A stretch of 64,000 nucleotides of DNA from Antedon mediterranea (lineage: Eukaryota; Animalia; Echinodermata): NCBI RefSeq assembly GCF_964355755.1, contig NC_092677.1:11368101-11432100 (forward strand), in the 5' to 3' direction. The position numbers were made by a program, and so were the translations under genes. The notes under the pieces were generated by a model that worked only from the letters and a program-made list of their open reading frames with translations, had not been told where the DNA came from and did not search any database. This document shows positions 14,101 through 25,959 of this stretch, one piece after another (the stretch's first letter is position 1; each line of letters begins with the position of its first letter).

Positions 14101-17100
14101 GTGGACGGTCTTAGGCCTAGCCTAGCTAGGCTTAGTTTTGTAGGCCTAGCTGGTAAACATCGATAACGTACGAACATTGTACGCTAGCTATATACCTAGC
14201 CTGACGTTGTATAGTTGCTGCATTAATTGTCTTTCTATTTTTGCCAGACTCCGTTGATACAAATTGGGGAAAACCCTGTATTTTCGCTGAAAAGTTAGGA
14301 GTCTTCCATTTGTTTTGGCTTCACGATCGATCGAAAAGTGGGCGAATTACAGGTGAAAAACAAAAATATCAATCCGCGCGCAATGCATTTTGGGATTTAT
14401 AGCGGGCCGCTATAATTATTAGAATCGATTTATTTTTCACATTTTTAACCGTTTAAAGACGAAAAAAGTTATCGCAATAGGACCATATAGTATTATTTTT
14501 ACATTAAATATAGTTTGTGATCTTAAATTAGATCTAAAAAACGTAGGGAATGGGGCTTTAAATATCTGCAACATATAAAAGAACCTCTAAGAAGGCACAA
14601 GACTAAGTAGTATCCCCGTCATAAACGTGTTATCTGTGTCGGAATTGTTATATTGCCCTAGCCTCGTTCATTTCACAGGATAGTGTCCCTTGAATATTAT
14701 AAGGGTGTCTCCTTAATAGAGGTGTCTCCTCAATAGAGGTGTCTCCTCAATAGAGGTGTCTCCTCAATAGAGGTGTCTCCTCAATAGAGGTGTCTCCTTA
14801 ATAGAGGTGTCTCCTCAATAGAGGTGTCCCCTTGATAGAGGTGTCTCCTCAATAGAGGTGTCTCCTCAATAGAGGTGTCTCCTCAATAGAGGTGTCCCCT
14901 CAATAGAGGTGTCCCCTGAATATGAGGAGTCCCAGAGGGGCTCTGCTGCAGTACATTAACAATGTTTATTTAGCTAGTTTGCTACTATGACGGAATTATA
15001 TATATATATTTTTTTTCTTAAACTCTATTCAAAATGTTAATATACATTATTGTGTGGTAAAGAAAACAAAGTTCTAATAATGTAAACAAATGTTAATAAC
15101 CCTTGCCTCGTATTCTATTACGTTTATGAATAGTAATAGTATCATTCTTATTATATCTGGTGGCGCTACATAAAAAATAAATTGAACTTTTATCAGTCTA
15201 AAGTATTAAATTAACTTATCCCTTGTTACATTTTTACTTCTTAAGAAAAATATTTTAATCATTTATGTGAGTTTACAATTGGTGTTAGTTTTCTGTTTGT
15301 GTTTTAATATGAGTAATTAGATGAAAATATTGATTCAATGGTTCAAACTGTGACACTGTCTTCATCAGTCGAGAAAGATCTGTTGTCTGATTGGTTGTTT
15401 GCATTCCGCACATGCTCAGCAGCTTAGAAAAAAAAAGATAAATTATGTTGAATCATCATCATCATCGAAATTTATTTTACAATACTAAATGTGTAAATTA
15501 TGTTCTGCCGTTAATATCTCTAACAAACATTTAAAAGTAGGTTTTTTATTTTCAGATAAAAATGTTTTGTTTTTTTTTAACTTGTATATAAAATTTCATA
15601 AAAACTATTACATACTCCGTAATACAGTTAAATTACTCACTCAATATCTGGCCGATTTAGTAAGTTCGTCAAAAATTCTTGAATTCCAAATGCGTTTTTA
15701 ATTGTAAAAAAAAAGAATTTAGACATTTTCGTTTTGAAAGATTTCTCGTTTTCAGGGAGTCCGCTTTTAGAAGAGTCAACTTGTATAATAAATCTGTTGA
15801 ATTGACACGTTTAGATGTTTTAAAAATGCAGTTTTGTAAAAATATATTTTTTATTCGTTTTAAAATTGATAATTTTTATTCAGTCGCGTTTAGTATAGAA
15901 AACGCATTAACCTTTGTACAAGTTGAATTAATAACTAGATTTGAACTCGTCACCGTGGCGAGTTAGGTTATCCGCGTTATAATGATGCTGTTAGTAAATT
16001 ATAAATGATTAGAAAATATGAAAATGAGGCAGTTAAGTCGTATGACACATTCCAACAAGATACTGTGATTTAGTATTTCTGTTTATGCTTATGAATATCC
16101 TCTGCAGGTCTACATTGATTGATGATCTGCATAATTGAGGGACTTGATATAGCAAATCACCATTCTCTAATCTCTTAATAAGTTTACCGCTGTTGTTAAC
16201 TCTAGCAAATGTGCTTAAGACAGCAAAAAATACCTCTTATGCTATTAAGCCAATACAATGATGTATCTTGAATATCAAATTACCATTCTTATATTTCCTG
16301 TCCCTTACAGCTATTAAGATTATTTGTAAATCTTGACACAGAAGACAAAAAAATTATCACATAAAATTATTGTTGTATATTTTCTTGTTGTTTAATAATG
16401 TATTTATTTGTTTGATATCATTATGTGCAGCTCAGAACTGGTACTACTCATAAATTAAAAAAACAAAATGTATATATTTTCCATCTAAAATTATTTTTTT
16501 TTAATAAAAAAAATTTAATATATGAAAAAGTCAAAAGAAACACAATTTTTTCAAGATGCATTGAAACATACAAATGTACAAAAAATGATTTAAATTATTT
16601 TAAAAATGCACTTGACACGTCTGAATTTACCATGGTAATTAAAAGATAGAAAGAAAAATATTTTAATTAGAACTTTAAAAATATATTTATAACCTAAAAT
16701 ACTGTACAATAATATAAACAACTGAAAATTTGTAAGAAAAAGGTTTAACGTCGAAAATGAAAAACTACAGCAGTTTAAGGAAATATAATAAACAGATTTT
16801 AAACCGTTACTATATAATAATTCAATTTTGTATAAGCTTTTTATATTTTCCCTATTGTAAAGTAAATTAAATACATCCATCTACAGGATATTCTAAAAAA
16901 TATTTATTTAGTTATTTAAATAAAGTCATACAATCAATTATTATTTTACATACCCTAGGGGGGAATATGCTTTACAATAGAAAACAATTCTTTTATTGAT
17001 TTCCATTTTATTTTGACAGGGACAATGAACTTTCCATAGCTTGTTACCAATTTTAGTAGGCCAAGACATATAGTTAATACCCCTTGGGAACTTATGAGCA

Positions 17101-20100
17101 AGAAGAATTAGAATAAGTCATAAAGAGATTTAATTCAAAATTAGACCCTGAACTGGGCCTCTTGTGTAGCGATTCTGTTGATTGAATAGCTAATATAAAA
17201 CTACCAATTTCCTGGCAACTGTATCAATTTCATAATTTGCCCTCCTTAAGTTTTTCATAGGTGAAAAAAGATCCAAAGCTAATATAAACTTTCTGCCTGA
17301 ATTACCAAGCAAATGAAATGTGCTTTGTTATTGAATTACATGTCTGTAGCTCAGGTCTTTGTTAATCACTGAAGCATCACAAAAACATGAATTTACATTT
17401 TACTTTTGTTGAGCATTATTAAATGAAAGTTTTAGATGTTTTCTGAAATGAAACACTTGGCCAATGATTGGTTTAGTCCTGACTCCTACATACCTTGGTG
17501 AGAACAAAATTTAAAATAATTAAAAACAGATATCAGTGTGGTGTATAGACTTCGACTGTAGATTTCAAACATATGCACATCTTTGAAATAATTTGATTGT
17601 CTGGAAAATTAATGATAAAATACAAATTGAGATACATTTTGACTATTGCAATAATAACAGAAACTGATTTCATTAGCAAAAGAAATTTGAAAATTAAATT
17701 TAATGTTGAAATATTGTTTTGTATTTTGCATGGGAAGACAAACTGGTTTATAGGTATTTCTCAACACATTTTTCCCACTTTTGCTTTGCTGGGGTTCTGA
17801 TTTATGCAGTAATAATGTCAATATCTGTTTTAATGAAAATGTGATTAGCCATATATGAGAAAAGCGTTTAATTATTAAGAAATAATGACATTTGTGGTCT
17901 AACAATTATCTCAAATTACTATTTGCATGAATTTGAAATGAAGAGACTAATTTGATAGCCGACTCCTCTTACTGTTGGTATTAATGCATAATTTCTTTGT
18001 GTTCTGGTTTCTGCACTCTCCTATAGCTCTGAATTACATAAAAACCAGTGTAAATCATATTACTGTATCTTATAACTTAGCTGTAGGGTCAATTATTTGG
18101 GGCCTTTGAGCAGAATCTAAACAACCCAGCAGACACAGACATGCTCCACATCATGTAATCTTTTGTTTAATTACCAGAAACGAACTTTCGGTATCAAATG
18201 AAACCCGATTTTGTTTTTGTTAATAAACTTAATAAACAGTTTGTTCTGACTATGATTCTTCATTTCAACTTGATTAAACATTGAATGTGTTTAATAATGT
18301 TTATGGCACATCTCACCAATTTTCAAAATTTTAAAAGCAAATGAAGGCCAAATAAAAAAAATGTTTAGTTTCACATCACATTTTTTTAATGAGGGTTTTA
18401 CTATAATTAGCTATTGTGATGTACCAACATGAGAATTTAAAAGTCTAGTTGCTGTTTACAGACCTCGGAACGCTTGACCATGTAAAATGTAAATATGGTA
18501 GCTAATCACTTCCATAATTTGCAACTAAATACAACCAATTTGTTGATGATAATAAAAATAAGAGATAGTAAGAATGATACAGCAACAAAAGTTGATAAGG
18601 AAGAGACGTAAAACTTTTTAATTTTTTCTGTTTGGCCAAATTTAATCCAGTAGAAATAATGACCTTCATTCCGAGTCAGGTAAAACTGCATTCCAAAAAA
18701 TATAATAGCATAAAAATTCTATTCATCAACAGAAAGGTCAACACCTATTCTTTTATAAATGCCCATCTCCTTGTCAATATTTTGTCCTGTATATTTCTAT
18801 TGTAATATTTCTGAATTTTGCCGCTAGCATCAGTAATTTCTTTGTGTACGCACAAGGCTGGTCAGTGGAGCAAATAAGTCACAACTAAAAGGCAATATGC
18901 TTTTCATAGATTAAATTGTTATAAAAAAAATTGGTAGGTGTTTTTGTAAACTAAAAAATACCCTGTTTTAATCCTTAGATATTATTTCAATTGAATACCT
19001 CTGAATGTCCTTCATTTTTTTCTTGGTGGCCTTCCTTGCATTCATTATTAAAAGCTTATACCTTTCTGTTCTAAGCTTCAGAACCCTGGATCATCATAAA
19101 AAACTAGTTTTATGATTAAACAGAGATAAATCTTCTTTTTAAAATTATATATTAGGATTATCCCACATTTGTGTTGCCATAAATTTCTAATAACAATATG
19201 ACTAGTACTTTAGAGGCTTTTAAAGCATATACTTATTTTCAAAAAATAGTAATTTTAACGATTTATAATGTCCATTGGAGGTGGAGGTGCTGCTCGGTAG
19301 CCTGTATGGTGCCTCTTGGAAGTTGCTCACTGATTTTGATCTATCTCATTCTCATAAATAAATTCATGTTTATTTTGATTCTATGAAAATTCTTAAAGCT
19401 ACTGTATATTTTATGTAAATGTGACTATGTTGAGTGAACTTTAGAATAAGCCAGCCGATATTTCGTATTTCAACTAACAAGTTGACAAAAAAATAGTTAT
19501 TTCATTGCTCAATAAATGTAAATTAGTATTCACATACTATAATATGGGTATATTTTTAAGGTCATCAAGATTACAGATTTCTGAGCTGTGCATGCACCTC
19601 ACTCACACAAAAATGTATTGTAAAAAAATTGAAAATAATTAAACAAATAAAATGATTTTAATTATTCTTATATTTAAGTTAAGAACTAAATATTGAATAT
19701 GAAAAGTTTCAATTATGGAATTAATAAACAAGCCTAAATGTGCAAACATTTGATGTACTGTAGTAGTATATCAAATATTGCATTGTTGTAGTCGAAAGTG
19801 TTATGCCTGATACATTTTAACGACATTCTGATGGAAGAATCTTTAGCAAATGAGAGACCTTTAGGGTAGGAAATCATAAAAAGTACTATTAATAGGTTTA
19901 ACCCGCCTACAGTTGATATTAAATACACTGCACCTGACAACTCATTTTATAAGAACTCAGTGTTTGATTAACTGGTTCTAGGCCCTATGTATTATTTTAA
20001 TGTATGTAATATTGTATAACATTAGTTACTGTTAATTAATATACATAATTATGAGGTAGAAAAATAGAGATTCTGTATTATATAATATTTCTGGAATCAG

Positions 20101-23100
20101 TAGATCTAACCATTAAAGATTAAGATTTATATCTTAATATTGGTATAGTATTTCATTTATCAGTTTATATTTAAAAATTTGAACAGTCAAAATTAGCGGT
20201 ACTTGAGGTTTTTTATGGGGTACAACAAATTGATAATGCAGTACTTGAAGAGGCAAGTTATAGGAGATTATTTGTTACGCTTGTATTGAATAAAGATGTT
20301 ATTTATAATTCCTAGCAGCTTAAAGAAAGCCTTTGTTCTATTGGTCAGTTAATTGTTCCCATGAAATCTTCCAGGCCGTCTTTAGAAATTACATGTCCAA
20401 ATTTCTATACATGTTTTACAATATGAATACATGAGGATTTGAACAGCAATCACCTGTATTTTGCATAATAAGGCTGAACAATTGTTAAGATCCAACCCTT
20501 TTGAATTAGTTTGATAAAATACAGCTTAATATTAAGCCGCTAGTCACCACTTACAAATGTACAAAGCAAACCTTCATTACTACGACCAAATAAGAACAAA
20601 ACAAGAATAATTACTAGCCACTGTCTCATAGCAATGTAATTAAATTAGTTGAATTCAAATTATTCTTAGATTAAGTTTCTAATAATAATGTGGAGAACTA
20701 ATGTAATTTTTTTCTTTACATGCTAAATTAACTGACGGTTTAACTACTTATTGTACTTACATAAATATTTCATTTATATACACTACAACATCAGATTCAG
20801 ATTTATCATGTACTGTTTCATCAAATTCAGTTTTGTAATAACTACATTAAAGAACAAACAAAAAAAATTACAAAAATTAGTGTTTTTCAGAAATATGCTT
20901 TTTAATTTAAATATTAAATGTAGATTCAAACTAAGAGTTCTTGGAGAAACAGTTTTAACTATATATAACATGTATAGAAATATTTTTTACAAAGCTAAAT
21001 TTAAAATTAGTAATCTAGATTTAAACTAAAGTTCTTGGAGAGAAATTATTAACTATAACTTTTGCCTAAAAATATTTATTTAAAAAGCTAAATTTGAAAT
21101 TAGTAATTTTAGTTTCGTTATGTGTCAGTGCCTGGTGACATTTCGCCTTGCAGGTAATTATTACATAATATTAAGTTCCTTTATTAAAATTGGATTAAAA
21201 TTGATTGACAGATTCCATTGTATTATTATCAGGATTATCAGAGTTACATGGTCAAAATTATTGAACAAAAGCCTGAATCTTTAGCTTCAGTTTAATTGAC
21301 TTCCTTTGTCAGTCGCAATCATAACATATTTATTTATAGATACAATAATTAGGTATTACTATATCAGCTTTCACTGTAATACTAAAATTCATTTCATGCC
21401 CTTCTTACCCAGATAAACCGAGAATAGCCATCTCTCTCTGAAGAGAGGTGTGTATAAAATGAAAACTTAAGTTAAGCAACCCTATTGGATAATGATGTCG
21501 GCCATGTCATCATTTACTGAATAAGTTTGAAATTGCAATCAGATTTATGGACAATTTGACAAGCCCAAGAGAGAGTTGTATTTTTTAAACCTAATTTATG
21601 ATACATTTTAGTAAATAAAATTTATACTGTACAATAACATATATTTCGGTAATGTATTTTGTAATAAAGAAATCAAATTATAGATGGATATGTAAGTACA
21701 CTAATATACAGAACCATAAAAAGCTCATCACAGTTACCGTAATTAAATTATTCGAGATGTTAATAATAACAAATTTTGAAAGAGAAAAGATTTACAACGA
21801 TCTTTCATCTTTTTATTGAAGCATAATAGATTAATGGCGGGTAAATGAAATGACTACAAAGTGATTGAGTAGAATGGAAACTTGGTAAAAGGTCATAAGA
21901 ATATCATATAAACAAAGCAGATCTCTCTCAAATTCCATGTGGAGTAATTACTAAACTAGCAACTCATGACAGCATAGAAATTGTTTGCCTCCTTTATTAG
22001 TTCTGATTTATGAGATGTGTGCTGTCATAAATTGCATAGCAATTTTTCCACTTGATTGGACATTGGTCATGTTCATGATATAGTTCTGTATTCTGGTCAC
22101 ACTTCAATTCACGTTGGTGATATGATTTTATGTCTATTTCATTTAGCGCAATTTCAATTCCAGACGATGTTTTCATTTTCAGCCCGCATCTTTTAATATA
22201 CTTTCATGGCTTTAAAAATCAATGAAGGACTTGTTTTAAGTGAGAATATAGAATATTAAAATCATTTTAGAGTATAATAAGGAGAGATATTAAAGAGATT
22301 TTGTTATGAGATCATTTACTCAGTTTGAATGAGAGCAGTGAACTGTTAATTCTTTTTTTTTCTGTTTGCATTGTTTTGTAGTTTATAAATCAAATATCCT
22401 TATTTTAGAAAAAAGAATTTTATAATTTTTTTATTGTAATGAAGAAATAATATTATTTTATAAATCAAATAATTTATGATTTCTATTTTTCATTCTTTTT
22501 ACAGGAAAAATTAATGATCCAAGTATTTTTTCATCTGGCCAACTTGAAGTTTGTGGAAAATGCCAAGGAGAATTTGCAGATGGACCAGAATTAGAACACC
22601 ATATTAAAACCTGTGGGAAGAAACAAGTTGTAATGCTAGTTGACCCTGGTGTGAATACAACCACGGAAATGGAAGAAGGAAGTGCATCCACAACCACATC
22701 AATTGATGAAACAATGGACAAATCTGACACTGACAAAGAGAAAGTTATACCACATTCAAATGTTTCTCTGACGAATCTTGAGAACACAAATGTTGCTGTT
22801 GCACAATATGTGCCAGCAAACGCGATTGTTTTACCAAGAGAATCTGATGTAAATGCTATCCAAGAACAACTTTATGCTTTGCAGCAGCAACATGTCCAAC
22901 AGTTGCAACTTATTCAACAGATTCAACAACAAATACAAACTTTAGTTGCAAACCAACAGAAATTAAGCAATTCTGTACCAATAACTACACAGGAGTTGAC
23001 TCGATCAGTTCAAACATTTGCGGCAGCATCTCATCCACCGCAGATACCTCTTCATATGCTTTCACCACCAAATAGTTTACCAAGTATTGTGCCGCATCCA

Positions 23101-25959
23101 CCAAACTTTGAAACTTTGCATCCTCCACGTTTGCCAGGACCACATGCTACCATTGTCCCACCAACATCTTTTGCACTTCCTCAAAGACCTCCGTTTGAGA
23201 TTTTACAAGCACAGGCAGCCATGCCAACTAGTGGCATTCCGCAATCACCTCTTTACGCTGCCAGTATGTTAATGCATGGAAAGAGGAAGCCACCAAATGT
23301 GTCTGTCTTCGACCATAAGTTCTCAAGCGATGATCCTTTCTTTCGACACAAATGCCATTGGTGTCACAAAGTTTTTGGCAGTGACAGTGCCCTCCAAATC
23401 CATGTTCGCTCACACACTGGAGAGCGACCATTCAAGTGCAACATCTGTGGAAATCGCTTTACAACTAAAGGTAATTTGAAAGTTCACTTTCAGAGACACA
23501 AAGTGCGGTATCCAGATGCAGAGATGGATTGTACTCCTTATCCTCCTTCTCCGCCACCATCACATGAAAATGAACAAGCTTCTTACCACGGACCAGAAAA
23601 TGAGTCTATCCCAGAAGAAACCGACAAGCTTCCTACAGTACCAATGGAATCCAGTAGCCCTCAAGATCAATCATTAAGTCCTGGATTGAGCCAGTGTGAA
23701 ACAGATACACAACCAGATGAAATACCACTTACCAAGCCTACTGAAATTAATGAAGATCCAAATGGTAATAAATATGATCATGAATCGGATACAGCAACCC
23801 CATCAATCCTGTCGGATCAGAGTCCTCCATCTCCAGAGGATTTAGAGAAAATGGCATACACCAATGGAATGCCTCCAACATCTATGGTGCCCTATATGCA
23901 AATGCCATTGAGTGCTGCTATGCCATTGAACTCGCCATTTGCCCCATTGTACATGCAAATGGGAACTTTACCTCTTTCCAGCATGGCAGAACAAAATGTA
24001 CGTGCATCAGAAACATCAAAGTTACAACAACTTGTTGAAAACATTGAGCAAAAGATAACAGATCCTAACCAGTGTGTGATATGCCATCGTGTGTTGAGCT
24101 GCAAAAGTGCCCTTCAAATGCACTACCGCATTCATACTGGTGAAAGACCATACAAATGCAACATCTGCAGCAGAGCATTTACAACCAAAGGAAATCTGAA
24201 GACTCACTACGCTGTGCACAGAGCAAAGCCACCTTCTGATCTTTTTCATGAATGTTCTGTGTGTGGGAAAAGTTTTGGTAATGCAACCATCCTGCAACAG
24301 CACATGCAGAACCATCCAGAAGCTGCTGACATACCTCAGGATTTATCGTTGTGTCATTCTAAAGAAGATGAAGATTTTCCAGATGAAGGAATGATTACAG
24401 AAGTACAGTCCAACCCAGAACATTGTTCAGAAATGGTATCTGAAGCCATGGATACTGAGCGACCAGCTAGTGAGCCTTCGGCTCGAAATAATAGAATGAT
24501 AGACTATCCAGAATGTAATGAAAATGGCATTGACAATGAAGATGACGACAAATGGGAAAACAATGAACATGAAATGAACCCAGAATTTGAGGAAGAACAA
24601 ATGGAAGATAAAGATATGTCTCCTCCAACTCCTCCAGTACAGGATGACTTAAGTTCTGAGCCTCTTCAAATCGACGAGAGTAAGACTGACTGCAATGGAG
24701 CTCTTGATCTAACACCTAGGCCACACTTTCATGAGACACCTGCAGAAAGTGAAGCTGCCTCTAGTACACCGTCATCCCCTGGTAGTCAATCTGCCTCTGT
24801 TGGTTCTGGGTTTACTGAAAAGCAAATCGCAGACATATGTTTAGCTGGACCTGGAAGACGAGCATCTGGTGCTAACACAACCTGCAGTGTCTGCGGAAAA
24901 ATATTTGCTTGTTCCAGTGCTTTAAACATCCACATGAGAAGCCATACAAATGAGAGACCTTTCAGGTGTGGCATATGTGAAAAAGGATTTTCCACAAGAG
25001 GAAATTTGAAGCAACACATGCTCACTCACAAGATAAGAGACCTCCCTTCACAAATATTTCATTCTCAACATCAGCCATTATATGGAGATTCTGTGATGAT
25101 GCCTAATGAGTTAATAAGAATGAATGATCCAGTCATGATTCCAGGCCCCATCCAGGCACTTCAAGCCCAGCAAGCTTTACATGCACAACATGCTTTCCAA
25201 GCTCAGAAAGTGCTACAAGCGCAACAGCAATTAGTTCTTCAAAACAACCAAAACCTTCAACAATCAAGAACACGATCACCATCTCCCTCTCCAGATGACA
25301 ACCACAGTATAGACGACCACCAGCCGATTGATCAATCCACATCTGTTTCTCAGCCTCTTGGTCAAGATCTTTCTGGAAAGCGAACTCTTAGCAATGGCAG
25401 TAGCAGTGAAAGCCCGGCAAAGCGTCCAGCTTACAAACATGCGTGTAATACATGTGGAAAGCAGTTCCAATCAGACAGTGCTCTTCAAATACACATACGG
25501 ACACATACAGGAGAAAAACCATTCAAATGTCACATATGTGGCCGTGCATTCACAACTAAAGGCAATCTTAAGGTACACATGGGGACGCATATGTGGAATG
25601 GTAGCACGTCGCGTAGAGGTAGACGTCTTTCTCTCGACCATCCTATGATCATGAGCCCAAAAGAAGGAGAAGTTTTTCGTAGTGATCTAATGAGCTTCCA
25701 ACCCGCTTATGATGGTGCCTTCTTCCAGTACCCGCCCTTCATGAATGGAGTTAGTGGTCCTAAACCCAACGAAATATCAGTCATTCAAAACAGCAGCACT
25801 CAGGCCTATATACCTCCTACACATTCAGGAGTGGTGAAATCGGAAGCCGACATCCAACGTCTCCAAAACCAGGCCTACATTCCACCTCTTCACACTGCAG
25901 TCATCAGAAAACCAGACACAAAATTACAACCACCAATGTTATCAACCAATGCTTCTTAA
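5114..25959 (+). CDS. SALL: Spalt-like (Sall) C2H2 zinc-finger transcription factor, 2 coding exons: 5114-5186, 22505-25959 (~1175 aa)
   Basis: Exon 1 encodes [11 protein letters not shown] (NuRD-binding motif) and ends at G|gtaggt, phase 1. The acceptor ttttacag|GA at 22505 continues in the same phase into a C2HC finger (CGKC..HIKTC), a Q-rich region and four ZF clusters with SAL boxes (FTTKGNLK). Stop TAA at 25959. Confidence 0.96.
7479..7632. mobile_element. PIF/Harbinger-like MITE family A (TIR AGCTCTGTCTACACTATCAAAC, TWA target)
   Basis: Both TIRs (right one internally deleted), flanked by TTA/TAA; ~11 related copies in the window. Confidence 0.8.
8356..8577. mobile_element. MITE family B, decayed, apparently with a nested palindromic element (~8398-8503)
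   Basis: agtagaacatctattagggggacac ... gtgtccccttaata ... gaggttcta. Confidence 0.6.
9835..10096. repeat. Diverged ~110-130-bp tandem duplication, 2-3 copies
   Basis: tta(c/t)ttatttaaactaat occurs three times; gagctgtacac twice. Confidence 0.6.
13250..13399. mobile_element. MITE family C, copy in the Sall intron
   Basis: ttggtttcca ... tggaaaccaa inverted ends, same core as 28587. Confidence 0.65.
13932..14557. mobile_element. Non-autonomous TTAA-targeting DNA transposon (Kolobok-like)
   Basis: TTAA-AGACCCCTTCCCT ... AGGGAATGGGGCT-TTAA imperfect TIRs; GC-richer interior. Confidence 0.6.
14704..14918. repeat. 17-bp minisatellite (atagaggtgtctcctca, ~12 copies) inside a decayed family B MITE (~14578-14950)
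   Basis: The unit equals the family B subterminal motif GTGTCCCCTTAATAGAG. Confidence 0.85.
20921..21111. repeat. Diverged ~96-bp tandem duplication
   Basis: tagattYaaact..agttcttggaga...aaagctaaatttRaaattagtaat occurs twice. Confidence 0.7.
22505..25959 (+). CDS. SALL: Sall coding exon 2 (all zinc fingers)
   Basis: Extends the 1108-aa ORF 22633..25959 upstream, in frame, to the AG acceptor at 22503-22504. Confidence 0.96.

Noticed and set aside
22458-25648. Antisense and alternative-frame ORFs over Sall (likewise over CTCF, 39962-41258)
   Set aside because: These are shadow ORFs of real coding exons.
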